45,533 bases of DNA from the IMG/VR virus record IMGVR_UViG_3300021405_000002; one strand, given 5' to 3'. Position numbers and translations under genes: made by a program. This document shows, piece by piece, positions 26,306 through 34,265 of the stretch. How positions within the stretch are numbered: the stretch's first letter is position 1; each line of letters starts with the position of its first letter. The DNA comes from a virus. Below the pieces are notes generated by a model that was given only the letters and a program-made list of their open reading frames with translations, had not been told where the DNA came from and did not search any database.

Positions 26306-26391
26306 TTCAGCCCGAACAGAGCGAGGAGGATCTGGCCGCCATAGGCGATCAGAAACATGAACGCGAGAACAGTAAGCGGATCGAGCCTCAT
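26302..26391 (-). CDS. 29-aa hydrophobic micro-protein, absent from the ORF track
   Basis: Hand translation: MRLDPLTVLAFMFLIAYGGQILLALFGLK. ATGA overlaps at both ends. Confidence 0.4.
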   Translation of the reverse strand: MRLDPLTVLAFMFLIAYGGQILLALFGLK

Positions 26392-26579
26392 ACTGGATGC
26401 TTATGTCGCTGAGCGCGCGTCATCTGACCGCGTTTGACGCCCAATTTGGTGGGCTTGTTGTGCCCCTTCTTGAGCTCGCCGGCTTTCTGCAGCGTCGACG
26501 TCGCGATTGCATAAGCGCTCGAGGTCGAGTGCCCCTTCGCTTTGATTCGCTTCACTGCGGCGTCGAGGATTTTCGGCAT
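26388..26579 (-). CDS. Basic 63-aa hypothetical protein
   Basis: The ATG at 26579 shares one base with the upstream stop (TGATG). Sequence MPKILDAAVKRIKAKGHSTSSAYAIATSTLQKAG... Confidence 0.45.
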   Translation of the reverse strand: MPKILDAAVKRIKAKGHSTSSAYAIATSTLQKAGELKKGHNKPTKLGVKRGQMTRAQRHKHPV

Positions 26580-27121
26580 CACGGCACCGCAATCGCGTTC
26601 GAAGTGGCGTTGGCTGAGCCCGCAGCGTTGCTCGCGGTGACGCGACACGAAACGTTGGTTCCGCTGTCGGCCGCCTGGACGGTGTAGGTCGACTGCGTTG
26701 CGTCGGCGATCGGTGTGCCGCCGCGCAGCCAGGCATACGCATAGCTGGTTGGCGAATATTGCCAGATGCCTTGGGTGCAGGTGAGCGTCGTGGTGCCGGT
26801 GACCGCAGGCGCAGTGGTGTTCACCGGCGCGAGGTAGTCGCCCATGGCGTTGCTGATCGCGTCCGCCATGTCGGTGTTCGCGAGATTGCCGCCTTTGCCG
26901 ATATTGATGATCGCCAAAACTTCGTTGGTGAACGGCGTATTCGCCGCCTGGCCAGGGATCAATCCAGCCGGCGCGGTTTCCATCGTCGTGTCATGCGTCG
27001 TGGTGTCCGGATCGAGCAAAGCGACGATGGCGTTGAGCTCTGCCGCCTTATTCGGATACCATTTGTAATTCTTGGCGACGAGCTCGAGCTCGCCTTGGAA
27101 AGTCACGACATCGTAGGACAT
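26579..27121 (-). CDS. Protein with C-terminal Ig-like domain
   Basis: The ATG at 27121 shares one base with the upstream stop. The C-terminus LTCTQGIWQYSPTSYAYAWLRGGTPIADATQSTYTVQAADSGTNVSCRVTASNAAGS resembles a bacterial Ig-like repeat. Confidence 0.55.
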   Translation of the reverse strand: MSYDVVTFQGELELVAKNYKWYPNKAAELNAIVALLDPDTTTHDTTMETAPAGLIPGQAANTPFTNEVLAIINIGKGGNLANTDMADAISNAMGDYLAPVNTTAPAVTGTTTLTCTQGIWQYSPTSYAYAWLRGGTPIADATQSTYTVQAADSGTNVSCRVTASNAAGSANATSNAIAVP

Positions 27122-27624
27122 CAGTAGTTGTCTCCTCGAAGAAAGCCGCCTCGACCTGGCACGCAATTGCAATAGGGCCAGTTATTTTGCGCGCCGCTTT
27201 GCTCGCCAAGCGCCTGGCCTAGCCCTTGGAAGTTTAACTGTTGCTGCGCAAGCGCCCGATTTTGCTGCACCTGAGCTTGCTGCGCGTGAGCCTGACTTTG
27301 CAGCATCATGCGCTGGCGCATCTCCTCAGTGATCTGATGATACGGCAGTGGATTCATCGCCGCTTGCGCATGGTCTTGCTGACGCAAGCGATGCGCTGCA
27401 TCCGCGCGATCGCGCCAGGCGTGAGCGATCTCTCGCCAACCGTCGATATCCCCTCGGACGTGCTCAAGCTGGCGCTCGAGGTCATCGATGCGCGCCTTGA
27501 GCTCAGCGATCTCCGCGTTGGGCTTGATCGAAGAGAGAAGCTCCTTCGATGAGGAGTCGCTCGAAGTTTGCCGCTTCGCGACTGGGATCATCGCTAGGAG
27601 TGCTAGAGTCGACATCAAACCCAT
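27121..27624 (-). CDS. N-terminally anchored coiled-coil, Gln-rich protein
   Basis: Strong RBS GGAGGAGG 6 nt before the ATG at 27624. N-terminus MSTLALLAMIPVA, then AEIAELKARIDDLERQLEH. Confidence 0.6.
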   Translation of the reverse strand: MGLMSTLALLAMIPVAKRQTSSDSSSKELLSSIKPNAEIAELKARIDDLERQLEHVRGDIDGWREIAHAWRDRADAAHRLRQQDHAQAAMNPLPYHQITEEMRQRMMLQSQAHAQQAQVQQNRALAQQQLNFQGLGQALGEQSGAQNNWPYCNCVPGRGGFLRGDNY

Positions 27625-28222
27625 TTTTGTCCTCCTCCCGCCAGCTTATGCGTGACGCGGTGAACAGTCCATCCTGATTTTTCTCCGGAAAGAAACAAAA
27701 CCAGCCAAACGGCATCGCGCCTTGCTTCAGCTTTTTACCCTTCCAGCCAGGCCTGTGCATCATCGGCAGTCGTTCGACGCCGATAAAGACATGGTGCAAA
27801 TGTTGCATGATGTCGGAGCGGCCCGCGCCCTCAAGCGCCATCAGCCGCAGGAGCACATAGACCGGCAGACCAAGCTTGAGCCCGTGGCGAATGAAAGCGT
27901 CGGCCCAGCGGTAAGGCGGATTGGTCACAATCGCCTGGAGGTAGGTCACATTGCAGGATTTGAAAAAATCGATGCCGGTCTGGATCTCCGAATCGCGCCC
28001 TGCATAATCGACCAAGTCGTGGCTGATCACGCGCCAGCCGCCAGCCAGGAGCTCCCGCGAAATCGCGCCGCGGCCGGCGCACGGTTCGAAGAGTACGCGA
28101 TAAAGGTCGAGGGCTCCGGTGCGAATCAGCGCGCGCGTCGCTTCCGGCGGCGTTTCACGCAAATCGTAGGCGCGGTCTTTGAACTTGCCCTTAACCGCGC
28201 CCTGTCGCGATTTCGCTTTCAA
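27503..28222 (-). CDS. SAM-dependent DNA methyltransferase (NPPY; N6-adenine or N4-cytosine)
   Basis: FEPCAGRGAISREL (motif I) and IVTNPPY (motif IV). The proposed TTG start at 28222 overlaps the upstream TGA (TTGA). The ORF track allows extension to 28306. Confidence 0.75.
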   Translation of the reverse strand: MKAKSRQGAVKGKFKDRAYDLRETPPEATRALIRTGALDLYRVLFEPCAGRGAISRELLAGGWRVISHDLVDYAGRDSEIQTGIDFFKSCNVTYLQAIVTNPPYRWADAFIRHGLKLGLPVYVLLRLMALEGAGRSDIMQHLHHVFIGVERLPMMHRPGWKGKKLKQGAMPFGWFCFFPEKNQDGLFTASRISWREEDKNGFDVDSSTPSDDPSREAANFERLLIEGASLFDQAQRGDR

Positions 28223-28395
28223 TTGACTCGCCCCAGCGGTTCCTTGAGTTCCTCGAGGATGACCGCAACCAGCTTGATCAGCGCTTCTTCCGGCGGGCAC
28301 ACGCACGCAACCGGCTCATCCGCTTCGAAAATGACCAGGCTTAAGCGGCCGCAGTTCTCGCAGCGCGCGACCGACAGTCCGTTGCCTTCAATCAT
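28219..28395 (-). CDS. 58-aa Cys-cluster (zinc-ribbon-like) protein, absent from the ORF track
   Basis: Hand translation: MIEGNGLSVARCENCGRLSLVIFEADEPVACVCPPEEALIKLVAVILEELKEPLGRVN. ATGA overlap upstream and TTGA downstream. Confidence 0.5.
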   Translation of the reverse strand: MIEGNGLSVARCENCGRLSLVIFEADEPVACVCPPEEALIKLVAVILEELKEPLGRVN

Positions 28396-28508
28396 TTGCA
28401 GCGCTCAATCACGTAAATGATTACGCCTAGAATTACGCAAAACTCGCCGATAGACCAGCTAAGCTGATCAAGATTCGTCGTCCAAGTCGGCGGCGAATGC
28501 TCAATCAT
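28392..28508 (-). CDS. 38-aa single-TM micro-protein, absent from the ORF track
   Basis: Hand translation: MIEHSPPTWTTNLDQLSWSIGEFCVILGVIIYVIERCK. ATGA overlaps at both ends. Confidence 0.4.
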   Translation of the reverse strand: MIEHSPPTWTTNLDQLSWSIGEFCVILGVIIYVIERCK

Positions 28509-29230
28509 GCCGCCATCCTATCGACAAAGGCTTGGGCTTCGCGCCAGTCGTTTTGATTGCGCCCTTGCCGCCTGGCTGAATAACTCCACGCCATGCTGTC
28601 AGCCGATTCGAGGCAATCGCGGATCGCTTTGACGCTAAGACTTGTGGTCTTGAGGCCAAACCCGTGTAATCGAAGATCAGGACGCGCATCGAGGATAGCC
28701 TCTAGAACAGCCAGAACAGCCCCAGGATTGCCGTTGCGCTTACAGACGCTGCCGACGCCCACATAAGCGCCCTTGGCCAGTCTTGAGCCATAAGCGAGGA
28801 CGTGAGCTCCGTAATCGGGGGGCGCGTAGCCTTGCAGAACCGGCATAATGGCGATCCCGCCAGTATCGAGGGCGACGAGCGCGTCGTAACGCTCGATCGT
28901 CAACCGCTGATGCTCAGCAATCGTCAAACCTGTCTTGGCCAGCATCGCCGGCTCGCACATGTAATCCTGAGCGACCGCGGTGATGAGATTAGGCGCAGCC
29001 CATTTGCGAATCATCTCAGCATAAACCTCGACCGGCTCGGGATAGCCGCCATGCTTAGCAATCGTGGTGAATGCGCCCGAATCCATGATCCAGGGCTGGT
29101 CAGTAAACTTGCTCTTGCGCCCCTTGGGTCCGATTAGCGTTGAGACACTGACGAACACCGGGCCCAGGTGCTTGGCGTCGGAAGGATGGTGGACGCCGAC
29201 ATAGAATTTCACTTGCCGCGGCCTTTCCAC
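28505..29230 (-). CDS. dpdA: DpdA-like DNA transglycosylase (TGT superfamily)
   Basis: Motifs MDSGAF, GVGSVCKR, LHGFGLK and DSMAWS, in the order I recall for phage/bacterial DpdA. An alternative GTG start at 29212 forms a GTGA overlap with the primase stop. Confidence 0.6.
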   Translation of the reverse strand: MERPRQVKFYVGVHHPSDAKHLGPVFVSVSTLIGPKGRKSKFTDQPWIMDSGAFTTIAKHGGYPEPVEVYAEMIRKWAAPNLITAVAQDYMCEPAMLAKTGLTIAEHQRLTIERYDALVALDTGGIAIMPVLQGYAPPDYGAHVLAYGSRLAKGAYVGVGSVCKRNGNPGAVLAVLEAILDARPDLRLHGFGLKTTSLSVKAIRDCLESADSMAWSYSARRQGRNQNDWREAQAFVDRMAA

Positions 29231-31770
29231 GGTTCCATCGCATCGCCCTCGCGCCAGTCGTTGGGCATGTCGTCATTGGGCTCGAGCTCCCAATGCGAGC
29301 GCAGCGGAACGCCGAGAACCTGGCTGAATAAGCGTTGTAACGCGCCGATCTTGTACTTGAACAAATACTCGCCGTTGGCGAGACTTTCTAATAAGCCGGC
29401 ATGAGTGTAGAGCGCCAAAACGGCATCGGCCAAAACAGGTTGCCGAAATCCCATATCCTTGCATGCTTTTCTGACACGCTGCGTGATGTGAAACGAGCGG
29501 AAAGGCATAGCAATATCGAACCCGCTGTGAATCGTGCCGTTTTCGAGAATTTCTTTGGCGACGAGTTGAGTCGGCGTCAGTTGCTCCGCCGCAACGTCGG
29601 CGTCGCGCACCGCAGAATGAGTCAAGTCTTCCACTTGTGCGATATCGTCAGGCGCGCAGTCAATCAAAAGCTTGACGTAAGCCTGGCGCACGTCATCGCG
29701 CTTCAAAAAGGCGGCGTAATCCCGGTAGAACGGTTTCGCCTCTCGGTTCATACGGTCTTGGAATTCGCCAGGCAAAAGGCCTTCGCTCGTTGCGGTGATT
29801 GACGTCACCTGGAAAATTCCGCGATCTGCGCCCCTCGAAAGACCAGGATTGGGCTCATTCGATGTGAAGGCCAATCGAGCAAAGGTTATGTGCGTTGTTG
29901 GATTTTGGTTTTTAAATTCGCCAGAAATTTTGGTCGAACGGATCAGGTCTTTTATCGTTTCAATGACTTCCGACTTCGAGACAACTTCGTCGTGATTGAC
30001 CCAAAGTCTATCCACGTAATTTGGAATGTAGAACTGGCTCTCAAACGCTTTCATGCTCCCTTTGCCGGCATAATTGCCAAACACAGCTTCCGCAAAATCC
30101 TGGCAGAGAAAAGTCTTCCCGGTGCTCTGATCGCCGGTGCAGACAAGCGCGACTTGTTGTTTTTTGCCGGGATGTTTCAGCGTCCAGCCAAAATGCGCCT
30201 TAATCCATTCCATACGCCCTTTGTGGTTCTTGGTGACAAGGCTTAGCATGTGATCAAGCTTGTCGATGCACTCAGCCTTGAGCGCCTCATCGATTGTCTT
30301 CGCCGGCAGAATGTAAAGGCCAGCCCATTTATTGAAGATCAGGCGCGAATGCGGCGGCGCGTAATCATTGTCAGGAACGATTACGCCTTGGCGAGTCACA
30401 CGAACAATGGAGCCAGGCGGATAATCGGGATGAATCTCAACGTCGGTGACATCCTGACGGAGCTTCGACTTGATGAAGATTGGAAACGCTTCGACTGGCT
30501 TTTTCTTGGTTTGAATCAAGTCGGGCGCATGGCGAAGCGTCAAGCTCTCGCGAGTGAAGATGAATTGCGCCTGGCCTTCGCGAAAGGCTTGGCGGTCTAT
30601 AAATGCGCCCTCGCCCAGATGGAACAGATACCGCTCCGCGAAGTCTTCAAGCAGGGTTGAATCTGCGCCGACGTTGAGAACCGTGCGCAGCGCCTTGCGC
30701 GCTTCGTCGCCAAAGAAATTGCCGATTCCGGTCCAGCCCATGACGTCGAGGCGCGCAGGATCGGCGTCGAGGCGCTTGCGAGCGAATTGGAACATCTCCA
30801 GGCATTCCTCGCGATCCGCCGGCTTGCCGCGCTGCTGACAAATGTGTTCGAGCAAAAGCTCAGCGTGCGAGGGATCCGCGATGATCGCGCGCGAGGCGCG
30901 CGAGAACACGACATTGGCGTTGATCGCCTGGCCGTCCCGGACGATGCGCGCCATGAGCTCGGAGAACGCGCGCCGCTTCGAATAGTCCTCCCAGGCTTTC
31001 TGGCTGACGATGTTGAGAATCGACGCGAACGCTGCAGCGCGGACAATCTGAAAGAACTCGACCGGCGCAGCCCCTGTTCGCCAGCGTGCAGCGGGCCCCT
31101 GGCCGCTCTCCGCGCGCCAGGTGATCAGATCATAGTCGACGCCGTTCTCGTGCCACAGGAGGCTTCCTGGCGCGATCGTCGTGACCACATGCGCGTTCGA
31201 GCCTTTCTTGATCGCCGGCGCGTAATTGATGGCGATGCCGCGGCGCGTGTCCTCGAGCGTGAACGCCTTGGGCTTGAAGCCGGAATATTCCTCGTCCAGG
31301 CGTTTCGCTTCGTCGTCGCGGAGCTTGAACAGGATCGACGTCGCAATCGGCTTCGAAGCGCGGCCAAACGCATAGCGCGACGTGATCCCAAGCCTGGCGC
31401 ATGCGGCGAAGAAACACTCGTTGATCGATTGATCCGGACCAAAGAAGCGAACTTCGACGACGCCGTTCTGCAGATAGGCGAGCGCGTTGAGCTTCTGCTT
31501 GCGGTCGTTGTCAATCCAAACGCGAAGATCGTCGTCGGTCTGATGAAGCTTCTCGTCCTCGTCGGGCGGCAGCGGCTTATCCGCGCGCGGCAAGCAATAA
31601 TGAACCGGAGCCATGAGTTGACGCGCCGCGAGCACGGTGAGCTCGCGCTGATCCATGACGGTTTTCTTCTGATCAGCCGGTAAATCCAACGTCCAATCGA
31701 CGTCGGGCACGAGTTGCACGACAGAACCATCGGGCTTAGGCTGTTTAGGCATGGCCCAGCCTCGGTCCAT
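29209..31770 (-). CDS. Primase / SF3 (D5/P4-type) replicative helicase
   Basis: 853 aa. Walker A TGDQSTGKTF and Walker B RLWVNHDEV lie in the C-terminal half, with a large N-terminal domain. An alternative ATG at 31752 has GAGG upstream. Confidence 0.7.
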   Translation of the reverse strand: MDRGWAMPKQPKPDGSVVQLVPDVDWTLDLPADQKKTVMDQRELTVLAARQLMAPVHYCLPRADKPLPPDEDEKLHQTDDDLRVWIDNDRKQKLNALAYLQNGVVEVRFFGPDQSINECFFAACARLGITSRYAFGRASKPIATSILFKLRDDEAKRLDEEYSGFKPKAFTLEDTRRGIAINYAPAIKKGSNAHVVTTIAPGSLLWHENGVDYDLITWRAESGQGPAARWRTGAAPVEFFQIVRAAAFASILNIVSQKAWEDYSKRRAFSELMARIVRDGQAINANVVFSRASRAIIADPSHAELLLEHICQQRGKPADREECLEMFQFARKRLDADPARLDVMGWTGIGNFFGDEARKALRTVLNVGADSTLLEDFAERYLFHLGEGAFIDRQAFREGQAQFIFTRESLTLRHAPDLIQTKKKPVEAFPIFIKSKLRQDVTDVEIHPDYPPGSIVRVTRQGVIVPDNDYAPPHSRLIFNKWAGLYILPAKTIDEALKAECIDKLDHMLSLVTKNHKGRMEWIKAHFGWTLKHPGKKQQVALVCTGDQSTGKTFLCQDFAEAVFGNYAGKGSMKAFESQFYIPNYVDRLWVNHDEVVSKSEVIETIKDLIRSTKISGEFKNQNPTTHITFARLAFTSNEPNPGLSRGADRGIFQVTSITATSEGLLPGEFQDRMNREAKPFYRDYAAFLKRDDVRQAYVKLLIDCAPDDIAQVEDLTHSAVRDADVAAEQLTPTQLVAKEILENGTIHSGFDIAMPFRSFHITQRVRKACKDMGFRQPVLADAVLALYTHAGLLESLANGEYLFKYKIGALQRLFSQVLGVPLRSHWELEPNDDMPNDWREGDAMEPWKGRGK

Positions 31771-31809
31771 TGTCGTCTTGGTTGGGAATTGGGCGAGGGT
31801 TGTCGATCG

Positions 31810-31843
31810 GGGCGCATCCTGTTTTGAGCGGCAGGATGCGCCC
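31810..31843. other. 12-bp perfect stem-loop (GGGCGCATCCTG-10 nt-CAGGATGCGCCC) in an intergenic gap
   Basis: Read directly from the sequence. No adjacent U-tract on either strand. Confidence 0.5.
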
Positions 31844-31889
31844 TAGCGTCAGACTCGATCAAGCTTGCGAAAAGTTTTCCACTGACCCG

Positions 31890-32111
31890 CTAGCGCTTGT
31901 GCGTCGCCTCGCGCGGTCCTACGAGCGGCGCGTACAGTTGCATGTTGGCTAATGCGATGATGCACTCTGATTCGGTCTTGCTCGGATAATCGAACATCAA
32001 CAATCCGAGCACTGATTCGTAGGCGTGATGATCCCAGTCGAGCGTGCGCGGCGCGAGCTTCTTGCACTGCGCATGATAGTACGCGTAATAGTCGGAGCGG
32101 CCGCGCTTCAT
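31890..32111 (-). CDS. Hypothetical protein
   Basis: The ATG at 32111 overlaps the upstream stop (ATGA). 73 aa. Confidence 0.45.
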   Translation of the reverse strand: MKRGRSDYYAYYHAQCKKLAPRTLDWDHHAYESVLGLLMFDYPSKTESECIIALANMQLYAPLVGPREATHKR

Positions 32112-32302
32112 ACCCAGCCGCCGCGCCCAATCGGCGGCAATAAGCGCGCCAAGCAAATCGGGCAGAGGCGCTTGTCTTGATCGCCCTCAACCGTAGCCAC
32201 GCGTACGACGCGATAATCGTCGCTGGAACACGGTTGGCAATCGGGGCGCGTGAAGCCCTCGCATTTAAGCGGCGTCGGCGGGTCTTGGTCGTTTGACATC
32301 AC
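32108..32302 (-). CDS. Small Cys-rich (CQPC...CPIC) zinc-ribbon-like protein
   Basis: 64-aa ORF with two CxxC pairs. Confidence 0.5.
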   Translation of the reverse strand: MMSNDQDPPTPLKCEGFTRPDCQPCSSDDYRVVRVATVEGDQDKRLCPICLARLLPPIGRGGWV

Positions 32303-32486
32303 CCATCTTCAATTCAAGCTCAGCCAGGGTATCCGAGACGAGCGCCCACTTTTTCGCTAAGTGCGCGTCAAGCGGCGCGACCGCTTCCATCCGCGCCATC
32401 GTCTGTTGCTTGAGGTAGGCGATCAGAGCTTCCGGCTCGTCGAGCACGAGGGCTACGGCGAGCGTTCCTGCGATATCCGCGGTCAT
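32265..32486 (-). CDS. Hypothetical protein
   Basis: ATG at 32486. High third-position GC in this frame across the overlap with 32368..32805. Confidence 0.45.
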   Translation of the reverse strand: MTADIAGTLAVALVLDEPEALIAYLKQQTMARMEAVAPLDAHLAKKWALVSDTLAELELKMGDVKRPRPADAA

Positions 32487-32805
32487 TGAGTTCTTTCCCT
32501 TCAAACAATTTGCGCATGCCTTCGTTGATCGATTCGGTCTGCGCTTCCGTCACGATCTCCGCCCAAACGCGCGCTTCGCCATATTGCTCAAACGCCTGCT
32601 TGGCGTTTTCGTGCGCGGCTGTGTGCTCGTAGTTGGTGATATAGCGAATGGCGTTTGGCGTTACAGCGAAGGTGCGCGCGATGACTTTGATCGGCACGCC
32701 CTTCAACGCAAACGCGTAGACGGCGACGCGTTCGCCGGTCGAGAGCTTGCGGTCGCGCGACGTCGATTTGATGCCGGCGAGCGTATCCGTGTCCAGGTAG
32801 GTCAT
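32368..32805 (-). CDS. HTH DNA-binding protein (putative)
   Basis: GVPIKVIARTFAVTPNAIRYI HTH-like segment. The last ~40 codons overlap the next gene out of frame and look non-native (Arg-rich). Confidence 0.5.
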   Translation of the reverse strand: MTYLDTDTLAGIKSTSRDRKLSTGERVAVYAFALKGVPIKVIARTFAVTPNAIRYITNYEHTAAHENAKQAFEQYGEARVWAEIVTEAQTESINEGMRKLFEGKELNDRGYRRNARRSPRARRAGSSDRLPQATDDGADGSGRAA

Positions 32806-32972
32806 GCTTCCTCACAATCGTTCCACGCGTCGCAATAAGGGCATTGCCACTCGCTGGCCTCGTCCTGTACGCGTTCGCGCCCACAATTCCAACATTCGCG
32901 GCGCATGCTCTCCTCCACCATTTGGTCGTGAAGAGCGTCTAGCTGCGCTTGTTCTTGTTCAGAGATGGGCAT
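32802..32972 (-). CDS. 56-aa zinc-ribbon protein
   Basis: MPISEQEQAQLDALHDQMVEESMRRECWNCGRERVQDEASEWQCPYCDAWNDCEEA, from the internal ATG of track ORF 32802..33218. Confidence 0.55.
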   Translation of the reverse strand: MPISEQEQAQLDALHDQMVEESMRRECWNCGRERVQDEASEWQCPYCDAWNDCEEA

Positions 32973-32974
32973 GA

Positions 32975-33448
32975 TCAATCCTCCTGCAAGAGGTTGTGCA
33001 AGTGGCCGCCCACTGCGGTGATGTCGTCGGCCTTGTCGTTTGCGACCAGGTTGGTGACCACGCCATCGGGTCCGCGCATGATTTCGAGCGAGATCATTTT
33101 GCCGCCTTGCTTGTCGAAGGCGTTGAGGATCACGACCTCTTTGCGGTCCTGGCGATCGCTCGGCCTGAGCCCGATCGGATGATCGACGTCCTCGTAGGCT
33201 TGCCAGGCCTCCGACCAAAACAGGTAGCTTACGACGTGCTTGCGATACGCTTTGAGCATCATGCGCATCGCTCCGATTGTGGCGTATTTTTCGTCATCGC
33301 CATGCCACGGCGTGGCGATCATGGCGGGCGGCCGATCCTTGAACTGGACGACAAACGCCGGCGTGAGCTCCGCGCCAGGCTTGCCAATGAGCACATGCTT
33401 CGCCTGGTTGACGCCAGAGTCGAGCAACTGGTCGATGGTCATGGTCAT
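32975..33448 (-). CDS. Hypothetical protein
   Basis: 157-aa ORF. Confidence 0.55.
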   Translation of the reverse strand: MTMTIDQLLDSGVNQAKHVLIGKPGAELTPAFVVQFKDRPPAMIATPWHGDDEKYATIGAMRMMLKAYRKHVVSYLFWSEAWQAYEDVDHPIGLRPSDRQDRKEVVILNAFDKQGGKMISLEIMRGPDGVVTNLVANDKADDITAVGGHLHNLLQED

Positions 33449-33735
33449 ATCAGGCTCTCCGCTTCCGCTTTCATCCGAGCTTCACGATTGAGCGCCGCGC
33501 ACAAGCGCTTAGCATTCTCCAAGGCTTTGCTATAGGCGGTGCCACGCCCGCGCTCACGACCGGCGTGCAGCTTATCCTCGAGCGCGACCAGGCGGACGAC
33601 GCCCTTGGCGCGCTCGGAGATCATTTTCGGCTCAACGCCGATTTCGACCTCAAGGATTGCGACTTTGCGATAGACGCCCTTGCATGACGAGGGCATTTTC
33701 GCAGAGGCGGTCATGACGATGAATTCGGTTTTCAC
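33445..33735 (-). CDS. Hypothetical protein
   Basis: 96-aa ORF with ATGA coupling. Confidence 0.5.
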   Translation of the reverse strand: MKTEFIVMTASAKMPSSCKGVYRKVAILEVEIGVEPKMISERAKGVVRLVALEDKLHAGRERGRGTAYSKALENAKRLCAALNREARMKAEAESLI

Positions 33736-33965
33736 CGCGGTGTCTTTCCGTTGAGCGCGCGCTCAAGCTTGGCCTTAAAGGCGTTGCTGACGTTGCCGGC
33801 GACGATGATGCGCGGCTGCAGCCTGGTTTGCTCGCCATGCTTGAGGACATGGTCGAGGTAGGCTTGCGCGCCAGTGCGCGAGGTGAAGTCGCGATGATGC
33901 ACGCCGTCTTTGAAGACCCACCAGATGGGCGAATCGGGTTCCGGCTTGATTTCGTAATTGGGCAT
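33732..33965 (-). CDS. Hypothetical protein
   Basis: ATG at 33965 (MPNYEIKPEP...). 77 aa. Confidence 0.5.
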   Translation of the reverse strand: MPNYEIKPEPDSPIWWVFKDGVHHRDFTSRTGAQAYLDHVLKHGEQTRLQPRIIVAGNVSNAFKAKLERALNGKTPR

Positions 33966-34019
33966 GAGCGTCCTTTCGAGGGTTGGGCATGAACGCATGA
34001 GGGTTCTGCGCTCATGCTC

Positions 34020-34265
34020 TTATTTAGCGCTTTCCTTGTGCTTAGCAAGCGCGGCGTGCTTCAAATTATGGGCGAGATCAATGATCTCGTGCGCGCTATC
34101 CATCACCTGGTTGACCAAATACTCGAGCTTCTCCGGATAGTCGGGATCCGGATGGGCGTTGAGAGCTTTGGCCTCACGCCCCATGCGGGCGAGCGCCTTG
34201 GTTAATTTGAGATAGGCGAACTCGAATTCGAATTCGGAACCGAGTTCTGCAGGTGTGAGACTCAT
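34020..34265 (-). CDS. Hypothetical protein
   Basis: 81-aa ORF. Confidence 0.5.
   Translation of the reverse strand: MSLTPAELGSEFEFEFAYLKLTKALARMGREAKALNAHPDPDYPEKLEYLVNQVMDSAHEIIDLAHNLKHAALAKHKESAK

Noticed and set aside
27121-27624. i-spanin (Rz-like) with an embedded o-spanin
   Set aside because: The N-terminal anchor plus coiled coil resembles Rz. However, hand translation of the other two frames gave no lipobox-bearing ORF. The gene is also on the opposite strand, about 25 kb from the lysis cassette.
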